From contig CM102290.1 in assembly GCA_046563655.1 (NCBI GenBank), forward strand, positions 13,702,001 to 13,766,000: a stretch of 64,000 nucleotides of DNA. Direction: 5' to 3'. Origin of the DNA: Yuukianura sp. NJ FZ-2021 (Eukaryota). Shown here piece after piece: positions 13,001 to 24,368 of this stretch (position 1 is the stretch's first letter; each line of letters starts with the position of its first letter). The position numbers and the translations under genes were made by a program. The notes beneath the pieces are model-generated. The model did not search any database and was not told the DNA's origin. It worked only from the letters and a program-made list of their open reading frames with translations.

Positions 13001-16000
13001 TCAAGGTTCCTTGACAACGAAAAATGAATTTTAACAGGTTGAGTCAGAGAGTACTCAACGCGATTTTCTACGTTTATCTCTAGACTGTCTAAGGAAAATT
13101 AAAATTCTTTGGGTTGAGTACTACCTCGATTGTTGTCAATAAAAAACAAACAAACATTGGTACCAATTCGTATGTAAAATTTAAAAAATTCGGCTGTATT
13201 GTTATGACTACGATACCATGAAACAAGATTGCTATAGCGACCATTTATACAAGTGCCGTAAGAGGTTATGTCATAACTCCGATTTAAAAAAAAAAAAAAA
13301 CAAGAAAAAACAACTTTTGTACGACTTGTGTTTCGTGAATAATACTCAAATCGTCTGGCTTGAAAATTTTGCTTTGAATTTTTGAAAATTTGAAATTTGA
13401 AAATTCACATTACTAAAGCAACAAAACCGCGTCAGGGTAGTGCAGATGTGCGGTTCAAAAAATTTGAAAAAAAAAAGAATAACGGAGTTATGACATAACC
13501 TTATAAGAAAAATTAAACAAAATTTCAATTTAAACAAAGTTGCCATGAAATGAAAGACACTCCTTTTTTGCAAAATCGAAAAAACTTGAAGTACTATTCA
13601 ACCTGTTAAAGAAAATGAAAGTCAACAAACCTTGCTGCCAGCTCATCTCCTCCTCCCGCCCCCTCCAGCAACTTTCTTTTGGCCAGCATGGTCGGAGGGC
13701 GACGTCGCCTGAATTGTCGCCTATTTAAGGCCGTCATGGTCGTCGCCGCTGTGCTTGTGGTCGGTGCGACTGTTGAAGTTGGTGGCGCCCTCTGGCGGTC
13801 GTAAATCCGCTCAACTCCGTTTTCAAAACTGCCTCCTCCGAATCTAGTACTTTTGGGAGTGTTGGAGTCACTTGAGTCATCTTCCGACAGATCATCTTCC
13901 GTCATATTTTTTAAAACTAATGGTTTTGGATGTGAATAAGCACTTCTGGGTGAAGTTTGTTCTAAATTTTGCGTAGCTGATGGACGCACCGTGGACCTTT
14001 TTATCTCTAGTCCCAATTGAGTCTGTAGTCCCGTAGTCCCAGTGTGTAGTCCCATCTTCTGTTTATGGAGCCTATAGGGATGCTCCAAAGATCCACTTTC
14101 TCTTTCCTTCATTTTACTCCACTTTGGTCCAAGAGTGTTGTGCAGATCAATGTCAAGAATGGGCGACACCGTAGCAACCAATGAGTACTCTTGGAGCTCA
14201 GACGTCGAAAAACTTGGTTTATGATCAACGGATTTGGATTTTTGAAGAGCGGGAGTCGTAGACTGGAACAAATTTTGGTTTAGCACTTGCGGTTGAAGGC
14301 TGGATGAAGATTTGTAATTGTCAAGTCCCTCTGCACTTCCTGTTTCAGTGCTAGACTCAAAGTATTGTGGAAGGCGGTAGAGTTTGGGTGAACTTCCGGA
14401 TGAAGTCCCCCCCTCAGAAGGGGGGACTTCATCAGAAGCTGGGATTCCGAATAAGGGCCCCCCATTTCCCCGAAAGAATTCGTCCATAAATCCTCCTCCT
14501 GCGGATTGAGTTGCTTCGGAAGATTCAAAAGGAATGTGATGCTCCATGCTACCGGCAGCGGCGGGTGTGGAGCCCGCCGGATTCTCTGTCGGTTGAAATG
14601 AATTTTTGAGAGTAGCATCAAGGGAATTCCGTTCCTGTGTCCCACCAAATGAATTTTGTTGTTGTAGGAGAGGAGAGTCGTACATTTGGAGTGGAATGGG
14701 TTGGGGTGACTGTGATTCTTCAAGTAGGATTGGTCGTAAATCATTCATAAACTCCATAGGGATTCGCTCATATTCATTACTAGCGTAGGCTTCTAGGTTC
14801 ACATTTTGATTCTGAACTTGGAAGTTGGAGTGACCTTGACCTTGGTCACTTTGCTGGGCGGGTGACCTATAGTTGATGTTTTCTACCGGCGGACTCTGGA
14901 TTGGAAATCTATTTAGACTTCTCGGAGTTGTTGATCGGTCAGATAAAAAAGAAGCGGGAAAAACCGAATTCGAGTCCAATTCGCCTCCTGGCGCTTGATT
15001 TTGAAAATTTTGAAACTCTTGGCTTCGGACAAGCGGACTGTAGGGAAATGGGTCCGAGGAGTCATGGAAACCGTTGAACATGGTCTGCGCATGCGCATGT
15101 TCATGATTTTGACGGCCATTTTGGATATTCAAAAAGTTAAATGGTCGGTTGCCATTGGTTTCACGGTAGGCATTATTTTGAGTTGTGCCGAGAGACGAGT
15201 AGGGTTGATTGTAATTTGGCTGGTTGTAGGGGTCAGGGTACTCAATTGGGGCGGGATTGTGGCGGGTGTGGGTACTTGGTTGATGGTGGGTACTTGGCTG
15301 ATGGTGGGTACTTGGTTGATGGTGGGTACTTGGTTGATGGTGGGTACTTGGCTGATGGTGGGTACTTGGTTGATGGTGGGGCATGTGATGTATGACATGG
15401 GGCTTAGAATTGGGCATGGTCATAAAAGATACTGGATTGTGTCCACCATTGGACGGACTTTGAGTAAATCCAGGTGGAAAATAAAAGTCATTTGGATGGA
15501 CGTTATTGAATGGAGCTGACGGCGGGATCGGCGGAGCCTCCGTTGTGCTGGCCTGACTTTGATGTTGTTGGTGGCTCTGTTTTGGTCGTTTTCTTCTTGG
15601 TGGGGCTCTTTCTGCATCTTCAACTGTGTGAAACGGCCGTTGTTGAAGTCCATTTTGCCTTGACCCGCCCCCGTGCGTCTCTTTTCCAGGCGTCTGAGCT
15701 GGAACGGTTATGGGCACCCGTGGAACGGCTCGCATTTGATCACTTCCAAATCCGTTCATAAAGTTAGGCAGAAATGAGAATGGCGGAGTGGACTGGACAT
15801 GAGATGGTGGTGGCTGACGAAATGAGGGACTGTATGTCTCATTTCCCACGTAAGTGGATGATGGATGAGCATGGTGGGGCTGCTGTGGTGGCTCACTCTG
15901 ACCTTTGACCTGTCCAGACGCTGTTTGTCCAGGCTGACGATACGATAGGACATGACTCAATTGGTCTGCATTTACAAATCCTTCTGGTCTCCTTGCCTTA

Positions 16001-19000
16001 ACTTTCACTCGAGTTCTCATTTTTGGATTCTTCTGAGGAAGATTAGAGTGATGCGCCGCAGATGAGATTCCGTTGGAGTGGTGCACCGCAGATGGGATTC
16101 CGTTAGGCGAAAATGTCACTTTTGGCAGAGTGTCGTGTCCCAAACCTTCAATTTCAGGCTCATTACTTTGAAATGATGCATGAGGCTTCACTTTTAACTT
16201 GGGCCTACTTATTTTGAATTTTGAGACTAGTTGTGGTGAATCCGTGGCTACTTCATTGCCGTTGGCAGGGGAGTCACTTGGCTGTGGGGGGCCCTTGGGC
16301 CGGAACTTGGGAAAGCCCTTGTGCGGCCTTTCTCCTGGTGGAATCTCAGCAATAGTAAAAGTGTTTGGGCGTTCAGCTAAGAAGTTCGGTGGGATTCTGT
16401 AGGTTGTGGATGAAGATGAGTCGGTGGGACGTGGGACCGTGACGCCTTGGTGCTCTGAGTATTCGGGCATTAATTTTATGCCACTCATCGGCTTCAAGTG
16501 TCTCACATTTTCTCGAAACAGAGTCGGCAGCATTGGACTTTGTTTCCTTGCGGTGGTCCGAACGTATGGCTCGGTCGTTTGAAAATATTGTTCGGTCGCA
16601 GAGGTTTGTTGGCTGAAAGGTTTGGCGATTGGTTTCCAGCCAGAATATGTGGGAGAAAGGTAACCATGCTGATTGGTTCCCATGTCAACAGTTGCCATGT
16701 CAACAGCATTCGGACGTTGGACCAAATTTGCCGCAGGACTTTGAAACTTATGATCTGGCGGGTGTCGGACAAGATGTGGAGAATGCTGGAGCGTCATTTG
16801 TGTTGGCCCGGAATGCTGTAGCGTCATTTGTGTTGGCCCGGAATGCTGTAGCGTCATTTGTGTTGGCCTGGAATGCTGGAGCGTCATTTGTGTTGGCCCG
16901 GAATGTTGGTGAAAAGTTGGAATTTGCTGAACTTGTGGCTGTGGGTTTCTGTAGCCAGTAGTTGGGTGATTTGCTGGACGATGCATTGGTGGGAATTGGG
17001 TGGGGTCACGGTGGCGCATCATATGTGGTGGATGTGGCTTGTAAACACGGTTGTGGAGATGCTGGAACGCGGCGGTGGGATTGTAATGTCTCGTTGGTCT
17101 TGGTCGTGGGCGGAGTAGTTGTGGCCTCGCATTCCAAAAAACGCCACACACGACAAACGGAATAAGCCACCCCGAAATTACAAAAATCTGTCAACAACAA
17201 ACCAGTTTTTATTAACTCATCCAAAAATTAATTACATTTTAAAATTTATTTGTAAAAGAATTTTTCATTACCGTAAAAATCCTCATGGCTGCTTTGTAGA
17301 GTCACATCCACTTGTTATTTCAAAAGTAAGTTTCCATTTATGTTTTTCCCGCCACTTTTGCACTTTTTGTAACTTCAAGTTCACTTTATGCGTGTACGTT
17401 TCACTTTTAATTGTAAACAAAGAGAATCCGGTTTCTATGCTTTTCACTTCAAAAAACTTTCACTCCTTTCCTCAGTTTCAAACACAAACAAAATGAGAAT
17501 GTTGAGAAATACTAAATCGGGATGCGGGAAATATAACAAAAACGCGGGAAATAGTAAATTTTTAAATTTTTTAAGAGAATGTAAATTTTTTTTTGAATTC
17601 AAAACTTCACAATTTGGAATCTTAAAAAAACTAATTGACTAAAATTTTGGAATTAAGGTAGTACGTTAGTGTTGAGACCCCTCACAAGACTAAACCCAAT
17701 GTTTTTGGACTCTCTGAATTTTATAGGACAGATTGAGGAAATCGAGGCACAGGGCCTTGTTGAGTAGGCCATTAGTCGAATCTCTCAAAGATTCACTCTC
17801 ATCATCCTTCTTTAGATTCATTAAAGTGGATCAACCCGGTGTGGTGGTAGAGCCCACCGTGTTGGTTAAGGGGAAGAAAAAAGTAACATTTGAGACCATG
17901 TTGGAAAATGCAGAAAGAGGCATAAAACCATGGTTTTTTTTAAAAAGATTTCCGCCATGTCTTGCACACTTACACTTGTCCCCATAACTTTCATCTTTTG
18001 TTACCTTCAACAGTTGGTAAAATCTCTGAGAAATGACAAAAACACCAATTCAATAAATCGAGTGTACAAAAGTAGCCACAGATTAGACTGAAATTGCGAA
18101 CGGCTTACAATGGTGAACCTTACTACACTATAGTCATGGATTGCAAATTTAAAAAAATTTGACCTTTGCCCCGGAAAAAGTTGACCCAACTCAATAGTGA
18201 GCATTCCAAGGTCACTCGGTTTCGGTCGCCTTTGAAACCACGGAATTTTGAGCCAATTACGAGATAATTGCCGCTGACAGGCAGACAGACATGGCAAGGG
18301 CAATGCATAAAGTAGCTTTCACTCCTGGCTAACCAGAGCCGATCACGGCATTTTCCAGCTTAATAAAGTTTAAAGTAAAAACTAACAATATTAAACAAAA
18401 AGTAAAAGGAAACGAAACTGGTGGTAAAAAAAGGAACTATTCGTATGATGATGACTGCAATTTAAATTCTTTTTTGACAAAGATTGCTTGTACTGTGAAA
18501 CCTACTGACACTAAAATGAGATGTGAATTTTTGTTACACCCCGCAGGCACTTACTTTCTGGGGTAAAAACAAAAATTACAAAAGTTGGATGCTTTTGCTC
18601 AATTTTGAATCCAACAAATTCCTCACAAAAATCACACCTTTTCAATATTTCATCTTCATATGAAAAAAAAACCTTACTACAAAGCTTTGACTACCTGTCC
18701 AAAATCAGTTCATAGGGGAAAAAGTTCATTAAAACCGGAATACCAATTTTTTCAAAAAAAAAAATTGAAAAACAAATCAGAGACATCGTAAACTACGATA
18801 GTAAGACTCCCCCGGGGGATTTAACGCTTCGCAGAATTCCGTCAAGCAACGCCTTGTTACTTTTGGCGTCAAACACACCAAAAACGCTTTCATTCCTTCT
18901 CCGCTTTCTCAATTCACTAAATTAGTACTTTTTCACGTCATTTGAAGTTAAAAGCTGTTTTACCTCGTGGTAGGACAGGGTGACCAACACGACATTGACC

Positions 19001-22000
19001 ACCAATTCTCTTTTTAGTGTCTGCTTGACCAATTGCAAATGTTAAATTTCCCTCCCCCAATTAGTCTCATCTCATGGTTCCAATTGAGTCCAAGTAATCA
19101 GTGGACTAGAATAGTAATTAGCACTCAATCTGCCAATCACATAAGCTATGGCCCATGCAATCACGATGACACAAACATTTTTGTCCAACCCCAAACTTAA
19201 TTCTGCAATTAGTCAATGTCCGCTTCAACGTTTTCTTTAGCCCTGGTAGAACAACCATTAGGCAAGGTTCCTATATCAACGAAACAGTTTTCCTTTAATA
19301 GGTTAGCCAATAAGTCCTTTTGTCGAAAAATCTCGCCAAAACATTTTTTTTCCTCCAATTTTCCTGTAAAGGAAGGCACGGTGAAGCAAGTTTTACTAAT
19401 TTTTTAACAAAACTAAAAATGTTCTAGTTATTGCCTAACCCGTTGAAGAAAAAACTATTTTCTTCTTTACAAACCTTGACCATCAAGCGTAATTTGTTAC
19501 ACTGTCCAAAATTCTAACGTTCTCAAAAAAAACTTCGACTTGGGCATGATAATGAGCAGTGATATCAAAAATATTTAGTCTCCATACCCACAACGTTGAT
19601 GTTAATAAAAAAAAATCGGGCTTTTTGTTGCGAAATATTTTTTTATGCAGTTTTTTAAATTGCAGTAATTTTAAACAAGTCAATATTTGGAAGATTTTTC
19701 TTTTAATACTTTCTTTGTGAATATTTTTGGCGTTTTTAGGACATATTTTTGACAACCCTGAGAATGAGTTTTCAATCATCTCAAAATTTAACTAACCGCG
19801 ACCTGCCACGCGTTGCCACTGGCAACCTGTCTTCGAATTACCATCCAAGAACAATGAGTAATTATGAATTTGTATCTCAATATATGGTCTGAGGTGTGCT
19901 AGAAAGTCAAGTCCGTCGCCCGGGGAAATGTCAAAATCAGTTTAAATGGGCATGGTGGGAGTCTGTCTCAAAACAATAGATGCACCCTGGGTGAGTACTT
20001 TCAGTTGTGAGGAAAAGGCGTAGGCTATGGTGGCAACACGTACTGAAGTGGAGACTGCCAGATCGACATGAATCTCGATTCCAAAGGCTGTCAAGGGTGG
20101 AAATGAAAACGGACCAATTATTGGTGCTCCTCGACCAGAAGAAAAGTAGAGGATGAAGATGGAGGAAGATGAGACGGAGGAAATTTGAAAATAGAAAACA
20201 ACAAAAGGCACGGAAAATTGAGAAGGAAAGTTGATAAACAAGAAATTAAAGTTTTTGATTCGCCTGAGCTTTTCCTTTCTAGAGCAGAAGAAGAGGAACG
20301 CGTAAGGAAGCTACAGATTGATTATTTGATTACTTCACGCAGTCAGTTTCATTTCCACCTTCCTTATTTCCAAAAGCATTCAAACATTGATTCAGTCGTG
20401 AAGCCTACTTTATGCATCTACGTTGTCTGTCTGTCCGTCTGTCTGTTCGTCGGCGGCAATTATCTCGGAATCAGTTCAACATTTCCTGGATTACTTTAGA
20501 GTGAAGACTAAAGGTTGCTCCCTATTAAATTTCATCCTGTTGGGTCAACCCCTCTCGGGTCAAAGGTCAAGGTCAACCAACTTCATATCCTGGCCTGTAC
20601 AGAAGTTTTACGTATCACGGAGACAAGCAACTTAAGTGAATATCGTGTCACCCATAAACCAAGGTTGGTATAGCAGTCATTTATACAAATACCGTAGCAG
20701 GTTATGCCATAACTCCGATTTTTTTTTAAAAAGCACAAAGAAACAACTCAGATGTCCGGTTCAAAAAATTTGAAAATTTGAAAAAAAAAAAAAGTGTTAT
20801 GGCATAACCTGTTCAGAAAAAACAAACACAATTTCGATTCAAACAACCTTGCCCATAACCCTTTCAAAAACCATAGCAGATTATAGTAGTTCACCAATGC
20901 CAGTGTGAGGAGGCCGTGGTTCACCATGGTGTGCCGTTGGCTACAGCAGCGTAATCTTTCGCTACTTTCGTACCTCCATTTTACGACCGCTCTATTCATC
21001 CTCGAGGCCTTTTCAAGTTCTCTTTTGTATTTTCCAATTCAATGAACCGAACACACAAACGCATACAATTTCCAACTTCTTTTCGCCAAAAGCGAATTAG
21101 CACCAACACCAATCTCCTTTTTACGAGATAATTAGCCTTAAAATCCGCAACCCGATCATCGTTTCAAACAACATTAGTCCATTCATACAATCCAAACCCA
21201 TACATCCCCTCAAATCCAACTTTCTAACTTCATTTTCAAAGTGGACTTGACTTGAAGAGCGAGACGTAAAACGTTTAAACGAATAAATCCAAATAAGCAG
21301 AACGAACAACCTTGCACAGGAGTCCATCCCTAGTCAAATGGAAAACGGACGTTATAATTTCATGCTAGAACAAACAAGAGAGAGGATCATCGACGCGCTA
21401 ATTCTAAATACAATTAATCCCACCGATTTATCCCATCAACCCTAACCTCATCCCTCACACTGCCCAAAATTTGAAATCTCACAAAATATTACAGTTTATG
21501 CCACTTTTCTATGATTTCTCCCCACTTTTTCCTCTTGAGGTTTAACAATTTCAGGATCCGTTGAAGTGATCTCTACTATAAAGTAGAATTCATTTTCGTT
21601 TGGAAGTTTTGAAGCAAGTGCTAGGAAGCTGCAGGAGGTTTTTAGTAGTTGGAACTCTTCTATTATTATTACTACCTTCTCGTCGTAAACATTATTTAGA
21701 GGGCACAATAAAAACAGAGCTACTTAGTAGGTCGTAGAGGAGAAGATTAATGTGCGAGAGAGAAAATTAAAGTACTTTGGTCCATAACTCAACGCACTCT
21801 GTCGCACCCTATTTTATACGACTAGCATAAGGATGGTCTCAACCTTACATTGTGCAAATCAAATAGAAAAATTCAAATCCGGGCAGGGGATTAGGAAGAG
21901 TTCCACAATTAAGTAAACTAAGAGATTTTTGTAACAAAGTTGTTTGACTTACCTCTTGTATTATTTTACATCCTTTGACTACTCCGAGTTGTGAAAAGAG

Positions 22001-22693
22001 AACTAGCAGAAATTCTTCAGTCATTTGAGTGTTTAGATTCCCGACGTACCTAGGAAACAAAACCAAGACAATTAGCATTCCCTTCATTCAGGTGTAGGTT
22101 AATTTAGTTGAAGAACATTGACCGATGGTACGGTACCAAGTCATCAAGGTAGGAAAAAAACATAGGCCGAATCATATTGGGACACCTCATCATCCGGTAT
22201 GGCTTCAATACATAGAAACCGACCGGGTTCAAGCGTTCCATGATGCCATTGTGGCAATTGAAGAGCAGTTGAACTGCTATTGTGTCAACTAGAATTGTAT
22301 CAACGTCCAATCGTGTCAACAGCTACCTTGTACCAACGAGCCTAAGCAAACTTAACACACGTTGGCTTGATTAGTCGTTGATGACACAATTGACTCGTCG
22401 ACATCATTCAGTTGACCTCACAATGGCAGTTGATCCAATTCAGTTGACACAATGGCAGTTGATCCAATTCAGTTGACACAATGGCAGTTGATCCAATTCA
22501 ATTGACGCAATGGTTAGAATAGGTTGATGAAGAGCCAGCTGATGGAGAACTTCGGTGGCATCGGATACCGAAGTTTGAGAACCGAATGCCCATTTTGTTT
22601 TGAACCTTGATGACTTGGTACGAATTTTGTCGCATAACGTAGTAGCTCATATGTTTCTTACAAAGTCTTTGGCTGCGTCTCTTCCCCGAACAT
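4029..22693 (-). CDS. TIA1: TIA-1/TIAR (Rox8-like) RNA-binding protein, 5' part (RRM1); coding exons 22693-22662, 22049-21953, 4124-4029; continues beyond window start
   Basis: Spliced translation MFGEETQPKTL|YVGNLNTQMTEEFLLVLFSQLGVVKGCKIIQE|PNGDPYAFIEFAEHHNAAAALASMNKRSCFGK matches the TIA-1 N-terminus and RRM1 (PKTLYVGNL; DPYxFxEF; AAAALAxMN). All junctions are GT-AG with compatible phases (2, 0). The next expected exon (EMKVNWA-like) is not found in 1-4028. Symbol is family-level (TIA1/TIAL1/Rox8). Confidence 0.93.
6429..6480. mobile_element. CAAGG MITE family C, terminal fragment
   Basis: caaggttgtttaaatcgaaattttg matches one end of 51384-51618. Confidence 0.6.
7240..7400 (+). mobile_element. 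DINE-1/HINE-like dispersed repeat
   Basis: aagtagcgaaag, ttgacctttgacc, gacagac tract. Confidence 0.55.
7431..8304. mobile_element. ~870-bp foldback element with ~400-bp inverted arms
   Basis: Left arm 7431-~7830 mirrors right arm ~7875-8304; each arm contains a ~60-bp palindrome centred on GAATTC. Confidence 0.88.
9270..9445. mobile_element. Small foldback/MITE with ATGGACGG subrepeats
   Basis: atggacgg repeats on the left, ccgtccat repeats on the right. Confidence 0.55.
11298..11645. mobile_element. Two adjacent Tc1/mariner-type MITEs (11298-11514, 11520-11645)
   Basis: TA|cagtcgaacctc...gaggRtYctactg|TA termini with TA duplications. Confidence 0.82.
12553..17286 (-). CDS. Nested secreted low-complexity Pro/Gln/His/Ser-rich protein, ~1342 aa; exons 17286-17272, 17187-13631, 13009-12553
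   Basis: 3.5-kb open frame. A 15-nt first exon (gcagccATG AGG ATT TTT ACG|gtaat) joins in phase 0 to cag|ATT TTT at 17187, giving the signal-peptide-like MRIFTIFVISGWLIPFVVCG. The downstream ORF 12553-13009 is in frame once the MITE at 13002-13634 is removed. Inclusion of the last exon depends on the inferred MITE-derived intron. Confidence 0.85.
13045..13111. mobile_element. 67-bp mini-element nested in the family-A MITE
   Basis: Absent from other family-A copies. Flanked by a perfect 8-bp TSD ggttgagt (13037-13044, 13112-13119); ends cagaga...tctttg. Confidence 0.7.
13224..13542. mobile_element. CAAGG MITE family C nested in the family-A MITE
   Basis: Perfect 8-bp TSD ccatgaaa (13216-13223, 13543-13550); body similar to 20660-20851, 37761-38046, 51384-51618. 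Confidence 0.9.
15270..15377 (-). repeat. Coding 18-bp tandem repeat x6 (HHQPST)
   Basis: gggtacttggYtgatggt repeated six times inside the nested ORF. Confidence 0.95.
16781..16908 (-). repeat. Coding 30-bp tandem repeat x4 (GPTQMTLQHS)
   Basis: gaatgctgKagcgtcatttgtgttggccYg repeated four times inside the nested ORF. Confidence 0.95.
18063..18323 (+). mobile_element. DINE-1/HINE-like dispersed repeat
   Basis: gtacaaaagtagc ... gacagac ... atgcataaagtagctttc. Confidence 0.55.
19263..19478. mobile_element. CAAGG MITE family D
   Basis: caaggtt...aaaccttg with subterminal aggttagccaataa/ttattgcctaacc; degenerate 9-bp TSD accattagg/accatcaag. Confidence 0.8.
20398..20590 (-). mobile_element. 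DINE-1/HINE-like dispersed repeat
   Basis: Reverse-orientation copy: ctactttatgcat, tgtctgtctgtccgtctgtctg, ggtcaaaggtcaaggtcaa. Confidence 0.55.
20660..20851. mobile_element. CAAGG MITE family C
   Basis: caaggttgg...caaccttg; TSD cccataaac/cccataacc. Confidence 0.85.
22419..22513. repeat. 29-bp tandem repeat x3 in TIA-1 intron
   Basis: cacaatggcagttgatccaattcagttga repeated three times plus a partial copy. Confidence 0.9.
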
Positions 22694-23313
22694 ATCCTGT
22701 AAAAAAATAACAAACTGATTAGCAAAAATTCAGCTTCAACTAACTTAAAGGCCTATTTATTCATGTTCTTTTAATGGTCAACTTTCTTTGGAGTCCATGC
22801 CATAATCTTAGCAACGTGACACCAGTGTCGTAGGTCAGACTCACTGTTCGCAAAATAACATTCCAGATAACTCGGATCTTTACTAACCCCTCCAACGAAC
22901 TAGAACGTTTGTACTTGATTAACCGTCTACCTTTGCCACATACATAATAGTAAGATACCTCCGTAGAAAACTCCATTGTTGTAAGGTGATTGCTGACTTA
23001 TCGTTCCCAAGGAAACCGAGAAGTGATGAACGGCGACAACGACACGAGTGACGAAGACGGTGTTTGAACGTACGTATGGTTGTCGTCAGTTGTCAGTCAG
23101 TCTTCAAACCTCAGAAGGAACTCACTACGACGAAAATTAAAAATCTTAAAAGAATAGCTATTGAATTTCAATTTAAGGCTCACTTTAATCACTCAAATTG
23201 AAATTAACAACTCGACCCGTTCTTATTTTTCAAGAAAGAGAGGGAGCAGACTTTTTTTTTGAAGCACAGACAAAAAGGGGAGACCGAAGGAAATGAGCAG
23301 AGATCACATAAAG

Positions 23314-24006
23314 TAGGGTGTGGATAAAAGTCGGATCTCGGATTTCTCGGACTTTCATGAGGGGTTCAGAATTACTGTCATTGTCACTAGAAATTTTAGC
23401 GCAACACTGCTTTGTTTTCTCCGACTATTTTAGTATCTTCTCGAGTTCGACAAAAAAAATCCCCGCATCCAAAATGAACAATTAATTGTAATTAAATTCG
23501 ATCAAATTAAATTCACTTCGATCATAATTATAACAATTAAAAGTAATATACAATTGCTTATAAATATTTTATCAGTGCACTAATCGAGTAACTGTTATTG
23601 CAGCTTGAGCAATTTCTGGAAGAAAAGTGGTTCAGTTAACTACATAATGAGGGGGGAAAAATCAGAAACACTAGAACTAACAATTGTAAATTGTGTTAAC
23701 GTAAGTTCTAATAACAAACTCCAATTAAGCAAAAGCGGTTTAAATAGATAATTAAATTATTTCATAATAATTAAATTAAATTTATTTGAAATTCGCGCTG
23801 CTTGATAAACTCAGTTAATTTCTTAAAGCTGTCCAGTATGACCCCATTGCTTCCACTTGTCGTTTTAGCATTTAGCAACACTGCTCAGATGTGATTTTTA
23901 AGAATCCGAGTTATACAATGGTAGGAGTCCGACGTGACACTATGCACGTATTCACCCCTCATGCAAGATCTGAGAAGTCCGAAATCCGACTTTTAGTCAG
24001 ACCCTA
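23314..24006. mobile_element. TIR element between the FGFR 3' end and the TIA-1 5' end
   Basis: tagggtgtggataaaagtcggat...catgagggg mirrored by cccctcatg...atccgacttttagtcagacccta. Confidence 0.72.
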
Positions 24007-24368
24007 TAGAGTAACAGTGAGCATCTCAAAATCTGCAGCAGCAATGATAAAAACAGGGTAAAAGGAAAAGTTGAGTTTGAATTTTCGGAAATATCCCGCC
24101 GCGCGCTTTCTTTGTCATCGCAAAAGTGGGACGCCGCTGTGAATTGCTAAATCATAATTTGTTATTGGTTGTTGAAGAAACATTCCGTTATTAGAAGCAT
24201 TGGAATATCTGTTTCGAAATTTTTTAATTGAAAATCTTAGTAAACTTTTCATAATGCAACCATAACATTTTTCAACAGGACAGGAAAGCCTTGTTATTTA
24301 TTTTTATGAACGGTAGCAAAAATTTACTAAAACATTGAATTACTTTGATGAATAAAATAAATTAGTCA

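Larger units (their letters stand above)
13002..13634 (-). mobile_element. CAAGG MITE family A inserted in coding sequence; candidate MITE-derived intron 13010-13630
   Basis: Termini caaggttccttgac...gtcaacaaaccttg are shared with 8 other copies. 9-bp TSD ctgccatct (12993-13001) / ctgccagct (13635-13643). Confidence 0.92.

Noticed and set aside
14280..17165. Overlapping alternative-frame and antisense ORFs (e.g. 14995-15519, 16629-16961)
   Set aside because: Shadows of the repetitive, GC-richer nested CDS.
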